DNA from: a virus
Lineage: Duplodnaviria > Caudoviricetes
DNA length: 64,000 nt
Strand: one strand, 5' to 3'
IMG/VR virus record: IMGVR_UViG_3300018012_000099
Under the pieces are notes generated by a model. That model was not told where the DNA came from and did not search any database. It saw nothing but the letters and a program-made list of their open reading frames with translations. The position numbers and the translations under genes are program-made. This document shows, one piece after another, positions 36,884 to 46,036 of this stretch; position 1 is the first letter of the stretch, and each line of letters opens with the position of its first letter.

Positions 36884-37246
36884 ATGAAAGATCAAAACAA
36901 GAAACCAAGAAAAAACTTCAAAAGGGCGCCGAGAGGAGGTGAAATATTGCCAGTCGTAGTCAGCGATAAAAAAACTGTTGGTCCCGGCGAAGCACTCCAA
37001 GCTAAACCGCTTGAAGTTAAAGTATATGGGAACAATTTCGATAAAGCTCTTCGAGCTTTTCGAGCCCTCGTTCAAAAGGAACGAGTTTTGTCTTCTTATA
37101 AAGAAAAACAATCATATGAGAAGCCATCTGATAAACGTAGGAGAAAGCGTAACGAGTCTAAGAGAAAGCTTCTTGAAGTCCATAACAAAGGTCCCAATAC
37201 CTATGGATTCAGGAAGGGTAATAGGCGTAACGGTTCTCCAGAATAA
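36884..37246 (+). CDS. rpsU: Ribosomal protein bS21 with N-terminal extension
   Basis: 'EVKVYGNNFDKALRAF...YEKPSDKRRRKR'. Confidence 0.85.
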   Translation: MKDQNKKPRKNFKRAPRGGEILPVVVSDKKTVGPGEALQAKPLEVKVYGNNFDKALRAFRALVQKERVLSSYKEKQSYEKPSDKRRRKRNESKRKLLEVHNKGPNTYGFRKGNRRNGSPE

Positions 37247-37260
37247 TCTCTGGAAAACAC

Positions 37261-37980
37261 ATGTCGGATAATTTAAAAGTAAAAACCTATAGAAATCGTA
37301 ATCGTCAAGCACCAGAAAAGTATGCTCCCTATACTCCACAATACCAAGTTTTGGGTGTGGATCCGGAGGAATACAAGAGTGCAGTTGTACCTGAAAATAC
37401 TCAGATAGCTGTACCAAGAGAGGTCGCTCAGCGTTCACGAAAGGTTGGCATGCGACAACCGTATGCTGAATCTGTACCTTCTCCCGTCGGTAGGGGTAGA
37501 GGACCGATTCCTAATGTTGGTAATAATGTAGAGCACACTTGGTCTAGTGTAGATGGCGATATCGTCGATGATTTAGACGGTCAAGCTTTAGATCCTAATC
37601 ACCCTATGGTTGATAATAACGATTACGTTAGTAATGTAGCCTTAGGGATTCCACAAGAGAATTTGCCTATGTTGGATGAAAGGAATAATCCACCACGTAA
37701 GAAGTTTGTTCAACAAGAAGTTCAAAGATCTTTTGAAGCTAAACCTGTGCAACCCGTATCTGAGGATCTATTTCCAATAGTTGCCGATCTAGAAGATGGC
37801 GCCTATCTACTTTTAGTAGAAGGGGTGTCAGTTTGTTCTGGTCCTAAAGAGGAAATAGAGGAACAGGCCAGAGCTTTGGTGTTCGGAGAACACGAAATGT
37901 GTGATGGTAATCCTGTTGCAGAAGAGGATATAATTATCATTAAGAGAATAACTATCAAAGTCGGTCTCTTTCTTGAATAA
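37261..37980 (+). CDS. Hypothetical protein
   Basis: 239-aa ORF with an acidic C-terminal domain. Confidence 0.65.
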   Translation: MSDNLKVKTYRNRNRQAPEKYAPYTPQYQVLGVDPEEYKSAVVPENTQIAVPREVAQRSRKVGMRQPYAESVPSPVGRGRGPIPNVGNNVEHTWSSVDGDIVDDLDGQALDPNHPMVDNNDYVSNVALGIPQENLPMLDERNNPPRKKFVQQEVQRSFEAKPVQPVSEDLFPIVADLEDGAYLLLVEGVSVCSGPKEEIEEQARALVFGEHEMCDGNPVAEEDIIIIKRITIKVGLFLE

Positions 37981-37988
37981 CGAAGGTC

Positions 37989-38825
37989 ATGATGTCAGAA
38001 GAACCGCGTAAGGCTACGGATGTGCTATTAGAGATTGAAGCTAAATTAGACGCTTTGATAAAGAAAGTGGATGCTGGCGATCTCAATATTAGAGTGGTAT
38101 CTAATAAATTAGGTGAAGTAATGAAAGGCTTGGAGAAGATTCAGTCAGCTCCTCAGCAAAAAATTACTGTGGAAGCAGTGCAAAATCCTGTCCCTAATCA
38201 GGCGGCAGCTATCTTTGGGCAAATCCCTACCACCGATCCGGCTAGAGCAATACCTGTCACCGCCGAATCTAAATTACCGGTGGATGAGACTCCGCAAGGT
38301 TTTAGAAGAACTTCACGCCCTGAAAGTTACGCTGGCGACCAAACTTACCTTAAAAAGGAGGGTGTACCAGTCCCAACGAATCCATCATTTTTTGTACGTG
38401 GATCTAATGAAGGACCACCCCCAGGTCGTAGTGCTGGTGAGAATTTACCACAAACCCAGCCGCCTCCTAAAAAGGCAGCTCAACAACCGGCCCAACCACC
38501 ACAGCCCGCTAAGCAAATGCTGAAACAGCCAGCAGAAATGAATACTCATGATATAGTTCCGGTGGAGCAACGTGTGGTAGATAAAAATGGAAAGTCTGTC
38601 TTCTTGGCAGACGTAGAAATTGTGGATCTATCCTCGGGTGATCAGGTTTCCAAATCCAGAACTAATGGCACTGGTAAGTGGATGGCAGCACTACCCATAG
38701 GTCAATATCGAGTAACTATTAAGAAGCTCGAATCTTTGACCCGAGAAAAAGTAGAGTCCATTCAAACGGTTACAGTAGATGGAACCCAATCGCCCTTGAA
38801 GTTGCCCATGGTCATTATCAAGTAA
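37989..38825 (+). CDS. Hypothetical: coiled-coil, P/Q linker, carboxypeptidase-regulatory-like beta domain
   Basis: C-terminal 'VVDKNGKSV..ADVEI...RTNGTGKW...LPIGQYRVTI'. Confidence 0.55.
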   Translation: MMSEEPRKATDVLLEIEAKLDALIKKVDAGDLNIRVVSNKLGEVMKGLEKIQSAPQQKITVEAVQNPVPNQAAAIFGQIPTTDPARAIPVTAESKLPVDETPQGFRRTSRPESYAGDQTYLKKEGVPVPTNPSFFVRGSNEGPPPGRSAGENLPQTQPPPKKAAQQPAQPPQPAKQMLKQPAEMNTHDIVPVEQRVVDKNGKSVFLADVEIVDLSSGDQVSKSRTNGTGKWMAALPIGQYRVTIKKLESLTREKVESIQTVTVDGTQSPLKLPMVIIK

Positions 38826-38837
38826 GTGTAGGTTTCA

Positions 38838-39536
38838 ATGAAGTTTGATGTAATTGTGGCTGATTGTCCATGGCCATTCAAAGATTCTCTTAAAATGTCC
38901 GACGTCGCGCGTGGTGCTCGGTCGAACTACGACACCATGACAATTTCTGATATTAAGCAGCTCGACGTGCAGGGCGTTTGCAATCCTGCCGGGGCGGTGT
39001 TATGTTTATGGGTGCCGGGCTCCCTCCTTCAAGAGGGGCTGGACACTATGAAAGCTTGGGGCTTTAAACATAAACAAACTTATGTATGGGTCAAAACTAA
39101 GAAACACAGATTCCAGCGATTCATTAAGTGGCTTAAGAAAAGCATTCTAAAGCACCCGCAAGTTTGTTATGATCAGTTTGCTTACAAAAGAGCAATCAAC
39201 TCTGTCATAGACAACGTGCCCAATATTGACTTGAATGAAGAGCTGGCATTTGGTATGGGTCGTTTGTTTAGACAGACTCATGAAATTTGTTTGGTTGGGA
39301 CCAGTTCTAACTTCATTTACAAATTGTTACAGAACAAATCACAACGTTCTGTTTGTCTAGCTGAAAATCTGAAGCACTCAGCAAAACCCAACGATCTGCA
39401 AGAATCTTTGGAAATCATGTTTCCCAAGAGTCATAAATTAGAGATGTTTGCTAGACGAATACGTCCCGGATGGACTTGTTTAGGAAACGAAATAGATGGT
39501 AAAGATATCCGTGAGGCTCTTGCCGATCTAAAATAA
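38838..39536 (+). CDS. MT-A70 family N6-adenine methyltransferase
   Basis: 'DVIVADCPW', 'YDTM', 'LCLWV', 'WGFK....VWVK', 'HSAKP', 'KLEMFARR.RPGW...GNE'. Confidence 0.88.
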   Translation: MKFDVIVADCPWPFKDSLKMSDVARGARSNYDTMTISDIKQLDVQGVCNPAGAVLCLWVPGSLLQEGLDTMKAWGFKHKQTYVWVKTKKHRFQRFIKWLKKSILKHPQVCYDQFAYKRAINSVIDNVPNIDLNEELAFGMGRLFRQTHEICLVGTSSNFIYKLLQNKSQRSVCLAENLKHSAKPNDLQESLEIMFPKSHKLEMFARRIRPGWTCLGNEIDGKDIREALADLK

Positions 39537-39548
39537 ACGGACGATGAA

Positions 39549-39821
39549 ATGAAACAAGATATAGTTATGTCTCTTATTCCTCTTTCCAAAGAAGACAAAG
39601 ATTTATTTCCATTCCAAGTTAGTGATGGGGTAATAATATCATCGTCAGATATTTTCTTTGAAGGTTTACGAGGTCAAGAGGCAACGGTAATCGCGATTGG
39701 TCGTGATTATTTTAGTGATATGAAAGTTGTACGAGTCATAGCACCCTATCATACTGTTCCCAATTATCCCGCGGATTTTGAGTGGGAAATAGTTCCAGAA
39801 TTATTAGAGAAATTAAAATAA
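39549..39821 (+). CDS. Hypothetical protein
   Basis: 90-aa ORF. Confidence 0.5.
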   Translation: MKQDIVMSLIPLSKEDKDLFPFQVSDGVIISSSDIFFEGLRGQEATVIAIGRDYFSDMKVVRVIAPYHTVPNYPADFEWEIVPELLEKLK

Positions 39822-39842
39822 ACGGAGGTTAATGACACTATT

Positions 39843-40352
39843 ATGTCTCGCAAAGCACTGTTACTTAATGCGTCGTATGAGGTCCTGAGCTTCATACCCG
39901 AAAGGAAGATGTTCAAACTCTTGTTCAAAGACAAGGTAGAAGTAATATCTACCTGGGATGAAGTTGTTATCTGGGGTAATGGTAAGATTAAACAACCCTC
40001 TATTCTTCGCTTAAAAAGCCACGTCAAGCGCAATTATTTCAATGCCAATTTCAGTCGTAAAGCTTTGGTTAAAAGAGACAGAGGCACTTGTCAATATTGT
40101 GGTAAGAAATTAACCGCTTCCCAGATTACTATTGATCACGTGTTACCCAGGGCTCAAGGGGGCGTTACCTCTTTCGTCAATTGTGTGGTTTGCTGTCAGA
40201 TTTGTAATAATAAAAAAGCAGATAGGACGCCAGAGCAAGCGGGGATGATCTTACTTCGCAAGCCGACTCATCCGTCTTTTTCGGCGCATTACTATGTAGC
40301 TGATCCGCAGGAACATTGGTTTTCTGGTTGGGACGATTTTCTAAAATATTAA
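39843..40352 (+). CDS. HNH endonuclease (McrA-like family)
   Basis: 'LLLNASYE', 'RDRGTCQYCG...TIDHVLPRAQGG...NCVVCC..CNNKKADRTP'. Confidence 0.9.
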   Translation: MSRKALLLNASYEVLSFIPERKMFKLLFKDKVEVISTWDEVVIWGNGKIKQPSILRLKSHVKRNYFNANFSRKALVKRDRGTCQYCGKKLTASQITIDHVLPRAQGGVTSFVNCVVCCQICNNKKADRTPEQAGMILLRKPTHPSFSAHYYVADPQEHWFSGWDDFLKY

Positions 40353-41044
40353 AAAGGATTGGTACGCAAAAATATTATCAGGATAATAAGTCCAAAATAC
40401 AAAAATATAAAACTGAATATTGGAAAGAAAATAAAGAAGAATTATATGAATATAAAAAAGAATGGCGCGAAACATATAGTAATGTGCTAAAGCACTGCGA
40501 TATTCACAATAAAGATTATTACTCGGAAGAGTGTCCAATATGTAGCGGTATACGCAATAAAAACTATAAAATGGAGCACAAAGAAGAAATAAAAGAGCAA
40601 CAAAAATTATACAGGCAAGAAAATAAAGACGAGATAAATGAATATTATAAAGATCGTAGAGAAAACGATCCGATATACAATCTTCGTCGTGTTATATCCA
40701 GCTCAATATACACTATGTTAAAATCGCAAAGTTCATCCAAAAATGGTAGTTCTATTCTTAATTTTCTTCCATATTCTATTCAAGAATTAAAAGATCATCT
40801 CGAAACCCAATTCGAATCTTGGATGAATTGGGACAATCAAGGCAAGTATCTTGCAGATAAGTGGGACGATAACGATCAGGCTACTTGGACTTGGCAGATA
40901 GATCATATAGTTCCCCAATCAGAATTACCATATATGTCTATGGAAGACGACAATTTCAAGAAGTGCTGGGCACTATCTAATCTTCGACCTTATTCGGCTA
41001 AACAAAATTTATTAGATGGCGTAAACAGGATAAGACACAAATAA
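40316..41044 (+). mobile_element. HNH homing endonuclease, repeated family copy 3 (start uncertain, possibly 5'-truncated)
   Basis: 'WDNQG...WTWQIDHIVP...CWALSNLRPYSAKQN'. Only a TTG start exists, overlapping the upstream gene, and there is no N-terminal CxxC. Confidence 0.75.
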
Positions 41045-41053
41045 GGAGCCACT

Positions 41054-41263
41054 ATGAATTATGATGACAGGCAAGAAAGAGCAGAAATGTTGGTGAAAAC
41101 ATTTCGAGGTCATGGGTTAAAAATTTTTGATCTAAACGGAAAAAGTTATACTGGTAATCGGGTGGCTGATGAAATCGAGAATATGACCGATTTAGGTAAA
41201 AATCTTGTTGCAATTGCTGGAATAGTACTTCACGCAATAATGATTAAATTGAAAAGGGAATAA
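41054..41263 (+). CDS. Hypothetical protein
   Basis: AAGGAG RBS. Confidence 0.55.
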   Translation: MNYDDRQERAEMLVKTFRGHGLKIFDLNGKSYTGNRVADEIENMTDLGKNLVAIAGIVLHAIMIKLKRE

Positions 41264-41338
41264 TACTTTTCATTACATTATTATTTCGGGCAATAATGCG
41301 GAATACCTATATAGTTTCCCTGATATATAGGAAGCGCC

Positions 41339-41602
41339 ATGACCACGGTAAAAGCTTGTAATTGTATAGTGTGTGCGTGCGAGTTCAACCCAGAAGAACT
41401 CCAAAGCGTAGCGTTGTCTAAAATCAATGTTACTCGTTTTAAGATTTGTCAGGCTTGTTTAGATCAGTGTGATCCGGCTGAGGACTATCGTCAAGCACGC
41501 GAAATTGTTAGCTCTTACCTATGGTTTGCTGAAACTCGTGATCTATTCAAGGAAGCGTCTAATATTTTAGGAAACGTTGCTTCTACTAAGAAAAATTCAT
41601 AA
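41339..41602 (+). CDS. Zn-finger hypothetical protein
   Basis: CIVC and CQAC. Confidence 0.6.
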   Translation: MTTVKACNCIVCACEFNPEELQSVALSKINVTRFKICQACLDQCDPAEDYRQAREIVSSYLWFAETRDLFKEASNILGNVASTKKNS

Positions 41603-41749
41603 TTGAATGATTATGACAGTCGGATTATTCTCTTCTTGAGTTTCCTCTTCACGCTTTTTAGGTGGCGGAGGAACGAGTTCGATGTGTAGAGGCTCTGGCT
41701 TCCATTCTTTCTTTTTCTTCTCGTGGATAAAAGGAAAGTAATCGGTCAT
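41597..41749 (-). CDS. Small protein with a PPPP tract (50 aa, not in track)
   Basis: GGAGG RBS; MTDYFPFIHEKKKKEWKPEPLHIELVPPPPKKREE...IIIQL*. Confidence 0.55.
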   Translation of the reverse strand: MTDYFPFIHEKKKKEWKPEPLHIELVPPPPKKREEETQEENNPTVIIIQL

Positions 41750-41790
41750 TAAACCTCCGGACAATATGTATATGTCGGAATATTGGTATC

Positions 41791-41991
41791 ATGATGTGTA
41801 GTTCATGCTCCAAGCTTGCCTTTTTGTATACTAAAAAACGTTGTATTCGTTGTCAAGGGGAAGTGCTTGTAACTGTTGCGGTTCTGTGTGAGTTTTGCTC
41901 CCTCACCGATAAGATTTGCTCTGTCTGTCTAAAAAAGACTACTGCATCTGTGCCTGCCAATCGAGGTTGTGGATGCGGTGGCAAGAAATAA
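41791..41991 (+). CDS. Cys-rich small protein
   Basis: Four CxxC pairs and a terminal GCGCG. Confidence 0.6.
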   Translation: MMCSSCSKLAFLYTKKRCIRCQGEVLVTVAVLCEFCSLTDKICSVCLKKTTASVPANRGCGCGGKK

Positions 41992-42012
41992 GCTGGATAT
42001 ATAGGTAAGTGC

Positions 42013-42540
42013 ATGATTATTACCAATAACGAAGAACTGCTTAGAGTTAAATGTGAAGATGTTTTATCTGAAGAGATTGGAACACTGATTGAGACTCTAG
42101 AAAAAGAATTGGATTATGCCAATAGATTAGGTAAAGGTGGTATTGGATTAGCTGCTCCACAGATTGGTATTGCTAAGAAAATTGCTATTGTTAGATTAAA
42201 CAATGCAAAATTTGATTTGGTCAATGCTAAAATTCAACAGGGATTTGATCCAACTCTTTTTCAAGAGGAAGGATGCTTATCATTTCCGGGTCGTGTAGAA
42301 AATACCATCCGATTTCAAGAGGTTTATATTATCGACAATCTAATCTCTCCTCATCGTTTTGTGGCTACTGGGTTGTTGGCGGTAGTTTGCCAGCATGAAT
42401 TAGATCATGTTAACTCTACACTCTTTATGGACCGTATGGTGCCTAAGCCAGTGACGGTCGTTAAAACAGCTAAAGCAGGACCTAATGATCCTTGCCCTTG
42501 CCTTTCTGGCAAGAAATACAAGAAATGTTGCAAAAGGTAA
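42013..42540 (+). CDS. def: Peptide deformylase with C-terminal SEC-C motif
   Basis: 'GIGLAAPQIG', 'EGCLSFP', 'HELDH'; tail 'GPNDPCPCLSGKKYKKCC'. Confidence 0.92.
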   Translation: MIITNNEELLRVKCEDVLSEEIGTLIETLEKELDYANRLGKGGIGLAAPQIGIAKKIAIVRLNNAKFDLVNAKIQQGFDPTLFQEEGCLSFPGRVENTIRFQEVYIIDNLISPHRFVATGLLAVVCQHELDHVNSTLFMDRMVPKPVTVVKTAKAGPNDPCPCLSGKKYKKCCKR

Positions 42541-42542
42541 TA

Positions 42543-42794
42543 ATGACCGAAAAGAAATCTCCCGTAGAATTTAGTTCTGATATTCTGTTAGCTGATACTT
42601 TATTAAGATTAACAGCTTTAGAGAAGCTTTTAATTCAAAAGGGGCTCATTACTAAAGATGAACTAAATGATTTGACAGCTGTTTTGGTTGAGAATGTGAC
42701 CAAAGTGATAATGGATAAGGTCAAATCATCTAAAGATTTAAATGATTTTGTGTCTTCTTTAGGTGGAGAAATTAACAAAGAGATTAAAAACTAA
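42543..42794 (+). CDS. Hypothetical protein
   Basis: Operonic; ATG 42543. Confidence 0.6.
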   Translation: MTEKKSPVEFSSDILLADTLLRLTALEKLLIQKGLITKDELNDLTAVLVENVTKVIMDKVKSSKDLNDFVSSLGGEINKEIKN

Positions 42795-43111
42795 TGTTCT
42801 TTATTACCAATGAAACGGATTTAAATTTCAATTGGAAAGAATATCCTGTTCAAGGTCTGTATTTTTATCGTTCGGATATGCCCTTTCATACTAAACTTAT
42901 TGGTATTATCGATTATTTACGTAAAAAATACAAGCTAATTTGTTTTTATGGTATTGATGCTGAACAATTTAGTGGTTCCTGTATTAGGTTTGAAATTAAT
43001 TCGGTTCCCACATTAGTAGTGTTAAAGAACGCCAAAGAAGTTAAAAGAATAGAGGGTTCAGTCAAAACGCGAGATTTTATCGACCTTTTCGATGATATAT
43101 GTATCACATGA
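42794..43111 (+). CDS. Thioredoxin-fold protein lacking CXXC
   Basis: 'IDAEQF....RFEINSVPTLVVLKNAKEVKRIEG' Trx C-terminal pattern. Confidence 0.65.
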   Translation: MFFITNETDLNFNWKEYPVQGLYFYRSDMPFHTKLIGIIDYLRKKYKLICFYGIDAEQFSGSCIRFEINSVPTLVVLKNAKEVKRIEGSVKTRDFIDLFDDICIT

Positions 43112-43120
43112 GTTCCCTAA

Positions 43121-43618
43121 ATGGAGAAAGCCATGCCTAAAAAGACCGTTAAGACTACCAACAAGATCGTAAAGGCTACTAAAGCCACCAAAAAATCAGT
43201 AAAGAAGCCGAACCAAAAGTCTCCGAAGACCACAGTTTTAAAAGTAAAAAACTTTGGGTCTAAGGGAGATACCTTTACTGACGATACTGTCGCCATCGCC
43301 ACCGCTCTCGAGAAAGCGGCTGCACGGTCGTCATATCCTGCCGTTTCTGTTGTCGTTACACCAGTCACTGAAGCTCAAAAGATTTGGGAAGAAATTAGAT
43401 ATCGTCCTATTGAGATGTTTGCACTGCCAAATCAGGTAGTAGAACAACACTGTACTCCATTTCCTGCTGAACCAAATAGGCTCTTTTTGACAGTTCGTTC
43501 TACGGCTACTTTACCATCTTTAGAGGTGGCTTGTGGTAAGGATTTTGTTGTAGAATTAGCGGACAAATTTGTTATTGTAGCCAGAGCGGTTGCCTCCCCT
43601 ATCCCTCCTAAAAAGTAA
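43121..43618 (+). CDS. Hypothetical with K-rich N-terminus and an embedded pectate-lyase-3-like N-terminal motif
   Basis: 'KVKNFGSKGDTFTDDTVAIATAL'. Confidence 0.55.
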   Translation: MEKAMPKKTVKTTNKIVKATKATKKSVKKPNQKSPKTTVLKVKNFGSKGDTFTDDTVAIATALEKAAARSSYPAVSVVVTPVTEAQKIWEEIRYRPIEMFALPNQVVEQHCTPFPAEPNRLFLTVRSTATLPSLEVACGKDFVVELADKFVIVARAVASPIPPKK

Positions 43619-43628
43619 TCGAGAAAAC

Positions 43629-44138
43629 ATGTCAGGACCCTTTGATGAAGAACTAAAAGAACCGCGCGAGAATAAGGTTACGTTAAAAAACGTTAGCTCA
43701 CAAAAATCTATGTTTGACGGGCAACCTAAAAAGCCAACTCAGCAAAAGTTAGATCAACAGGTGCATGCTGCCCAAGAGCGCTCATCATCTTATAAAGTTC
43801 GCGCCGCCAAATTGGCTCAAGATTTTGGTCGATTAATGACTGATAAAACGTTGCCACAGAACAAGAATATTTTTGCTCAAGAAGCCGAACGAGAAGTTTT
43901 AACTAATATGATTCAATTAGCCATTGAAATTAATAACGATCCAATTGAGCAAGAAGGTATGGGATCCCTAGGCTGGATTACTGTCTTATTCAAGACTTGT
44001 ATGGCGCAGCGTGATCGTCTAAATTTATTAGAATATCAGATGTTTCAATTTGAAAAGAAAATAGATTCTACTACTCTCGTTGATTTTATAAATAAAGAAG
44101 TTAATAAGGCACTTGACAAGAAAAAGTCGGAAGAATAA
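43629..44138 (+). CDS. Hypothetical helical protein
   Basis: ATG 43629. Confidence 0.6.
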   Translation: MSGPFDEELKEPRENKVTLKNVSSQKSMFDGQPKKPTQQKLDQQVHAAQERSSSYKVRAAKLAQDFGRLMTDKTLPQNKNIFAQEAEREVLTNMIQLAIEINNDPIEQEGMGSLGWITVLFKTCMAQRDRLNLLEYQMFQFEKKIDSTTLVDFINKEVNKALDKKKSEE

Positions 44139-44141
44139 TAT
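44113..44141 (+). promoter_or_regulatory. Candidate sigma70 promoter for the Zn-finger/sbcD/sbcC operon
   Basis: TTGACA (44113) - 17 nt - TAATAT (44136). Confidence 0.5.
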
Positions 44142-44328
44142 GTCTGTGACTACTCCCAAGGAGTTCCTTTTATCTCTCATTTCTGAGGAAAAAGAGAACT
44201 TTGGAAAATATACACAATCATGCGCTCAATATCAAGTCCAACCGGATCCATTGGCCCTAGCACGTCACCAGGGGAGACTGGAGATGTTGCAGAGGCTTTT
44301 ACAAGAAAAGATCATTACAAAGAACTAA
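44140..44328 (+). CDS. Small helical protein overlapping the next gene
   Basis: MSVTTPKEFLLSLISEEKE...LQEKIITKN*. Confidence 0.5.
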   Translation: MSVTTPKEFLLSLISEEKENFGKYTQSCAQYQVQPDPLALARHQGRLEMLQRLLQEKIITKN

Positions 44329-44846
44329 TTGATCGGGCTAATACAGTCCCACTGACTCGTATTTTCAAGTGGTATCGTTTGCGTATTGACGCAATCAATC
44401 GTAAGGTTACATGCCCATTCAAATCTCATAAGGGTGGACGTGAAAATACAGCGTCATTTAATTATTATGCAGAAACCAATACTTTCTGTTGTTATGGTTG
44501 TGGGGTGGGAAATAGGCATGCACGTGGAGTAGAATTTGTAGCTGCCATGGATGGCATTTCTCGTGACCGAGCAGCTGCCAAAATTTTAGAACTTTTTCCC
44601 ACCGATGTTGACGAAGATCAAATCGTCAGTCACCAGGATTTTTCTGAACGCCTGGAGATCATGATGGATTTTTCCAATCTCGTTAGAGAGTTTCATCAAA
44701 CACATAATGACGAAAAATCGCAGAAATTTATCGAGGATATGTGCTGGGTATATGATCAGCACAACCTCAAGCACGACCATAGCAATGAAGCACTTCGTCG
44801 CATAGTTGAGCAAATAAAGGACAAGATCATTTCTTACACATGCTAA
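44220..44846 (+). CDS. Stand-alone CHC2 (primase-type) Zn-finger protein
   Basis: 'CPFKSHKGGRENTASF......FCCYGCG'; no TOPRIM domain. Confidence 0.75.
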   Translation: MRSISSPTGSIGPSTSPGETGDVAEAFTRKDHYKELIDRANTVPLTRIFKWYRLRIDAINRKVTCPFKSHKGGRENTASFNYYAETNTFCCYGCGVGNRHARGVEFVAAMDGISRDRAAAKILELFPTDVDEDQIVSHQDFSERLEIMMDFSNLVREFHQTHNDEKSQKFIEDMCWVYDQHNLKHDHSNEALRRIVEQIKDKIISYTC

Positions 44847-46036
44847 ATGTAATCATCCTAGGCGATGTACATTTAGGTAAGGGTACCAGCATAGGTAAAG
44901 CTGTGGTGGGTGCTAACCTGAATAGTCGCATTGCTGACCAACTCAACCTTTTGGATTGGACGTTGGATAGAGCGTTAGAGCATCATTCGCAGCATATCAT
45001 CATTACTGGTGATATCTTCGAGGATCCCAAGCCACATCCCACGCTTCTAACTTTGTTTGTTTCGTGGCTTAAGAAGTGTCAAGCGCACGAAGTACATGTC
45101 CACATTATCTTGGGTAACCATGATATTCTACGTAGTGGGTTCAGCTACGCCTCACCGTTAGATGTTATTGGTGAAGTGGAGTTAGATAACGTCAGTATCT
45201 ATAAGGATATTGACACTGTGTTAATAGGTCGAACCGCATTCACTATTGTTCCCTTTAGAGATAGGAAGTCCTTTAGCGTTGCGAGCAACACCGAGGCTAT
45301 TTCCATTTTGAGGGAAAGTCTTGTCTACGAATTGGCGGGTATTCCCAACACCTATCAAAAAGTACTGATTGGACATCTTGCCATTGATGGCTCTATCCCG
45401 GTAGGTGATGAAATTGATGATATCACCAACGAGTTGTTCTGTCCATTGGATATGTTTAGTGGATACGATTACACCTGGATGGGACACGTACATAAACCAC
45501 AAGTGATGCAGAAGTCTCCGTACGTGGCGCACATTGGTAGCATGGACATCTCTAACTTTGGGGAGACCGACCAAAAGAAGTTCATCATCATCTTCGACTG
45601 CTACTCGCGCAAGCACGCCTGGACGTCTGAGTATTTGCCCACACGCCCACTTAAAAAATTGAGCGTGGTGGTGCCTAAGGACACTAAGGATCCCACCGAT
45701 TTCGTACTTAAGGAATTGGAGAAAGTAGACGATTGGAGTAAAGCTATCGTGCGCCTAGACGTGTCTCTAGCTGCGCCTGAACTTCAGTCCATTAACAAAA
45801 CGACTTTGGAACAATACTTGACTTCTCATGGTGCTTTCAACGTCACCGGTATTTCAGAGTCCAAGAAGATCACTCTTATCAAAAAGGATGATAACAACAC
45901 CATCGATACCAAGATGGATGTGGCGACCTCTATCAAAACGTACGCCGAGAAATACGTGGAAGATAAGCTACGACCACAGTTCATCGAACTAGCTATGGAT
46001 ATCTACAATCATTACAAGTTAGAGGCGAAAGAATGA
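44840..46036 (+). CDS. sbcD: SbcD/Mre11-like nuclease
   Basis: 'GDVHLG', 'TGDIFE', 'LGNHD', 'GHL', 'MGHVH'. Confidence 0.9.
   Translation: MLNVIILGDVHLGKGTSIGKAVVGANLNSRIADQLNLLDWTLDRALEHHSQHIIITGDIFEDPKPHPTLLTLFVSWLKKCQAHEVHVHIILGNHDILRSGFSYASPLDVIGEVELDNVSIYKDIDTVLIGRTAFTIVPFRDRKSFSVASNTEAISILRESLVYELAGIPNTYQKVLIGHLAIDGSIPVGDEIDDITNELFCPLDMFSGYDYTWMGHVHKPQVMQKSPYVAHIGSMDISNFGETDQKKFIIIFDCYSRKHAWTSEYLPTRPLKKLSVVVPKDTKDPTDFVLKELEKVDDWSKAIVRLDVSLAAPELQSINKTTLEQYLTSHGAFNVTGISESKKITLIKKDDNNTIDTKMDVATSIKTYAEKYVEDKLRPQFIELAMDIYNHYKLEAKE

Noticed and set aside
38440-38530. CAG/CCG-rich repetitive stretch
   Set aside because: It encodes a P/Q linker in protein 37989-38825 and is not an independent DNA repeat.
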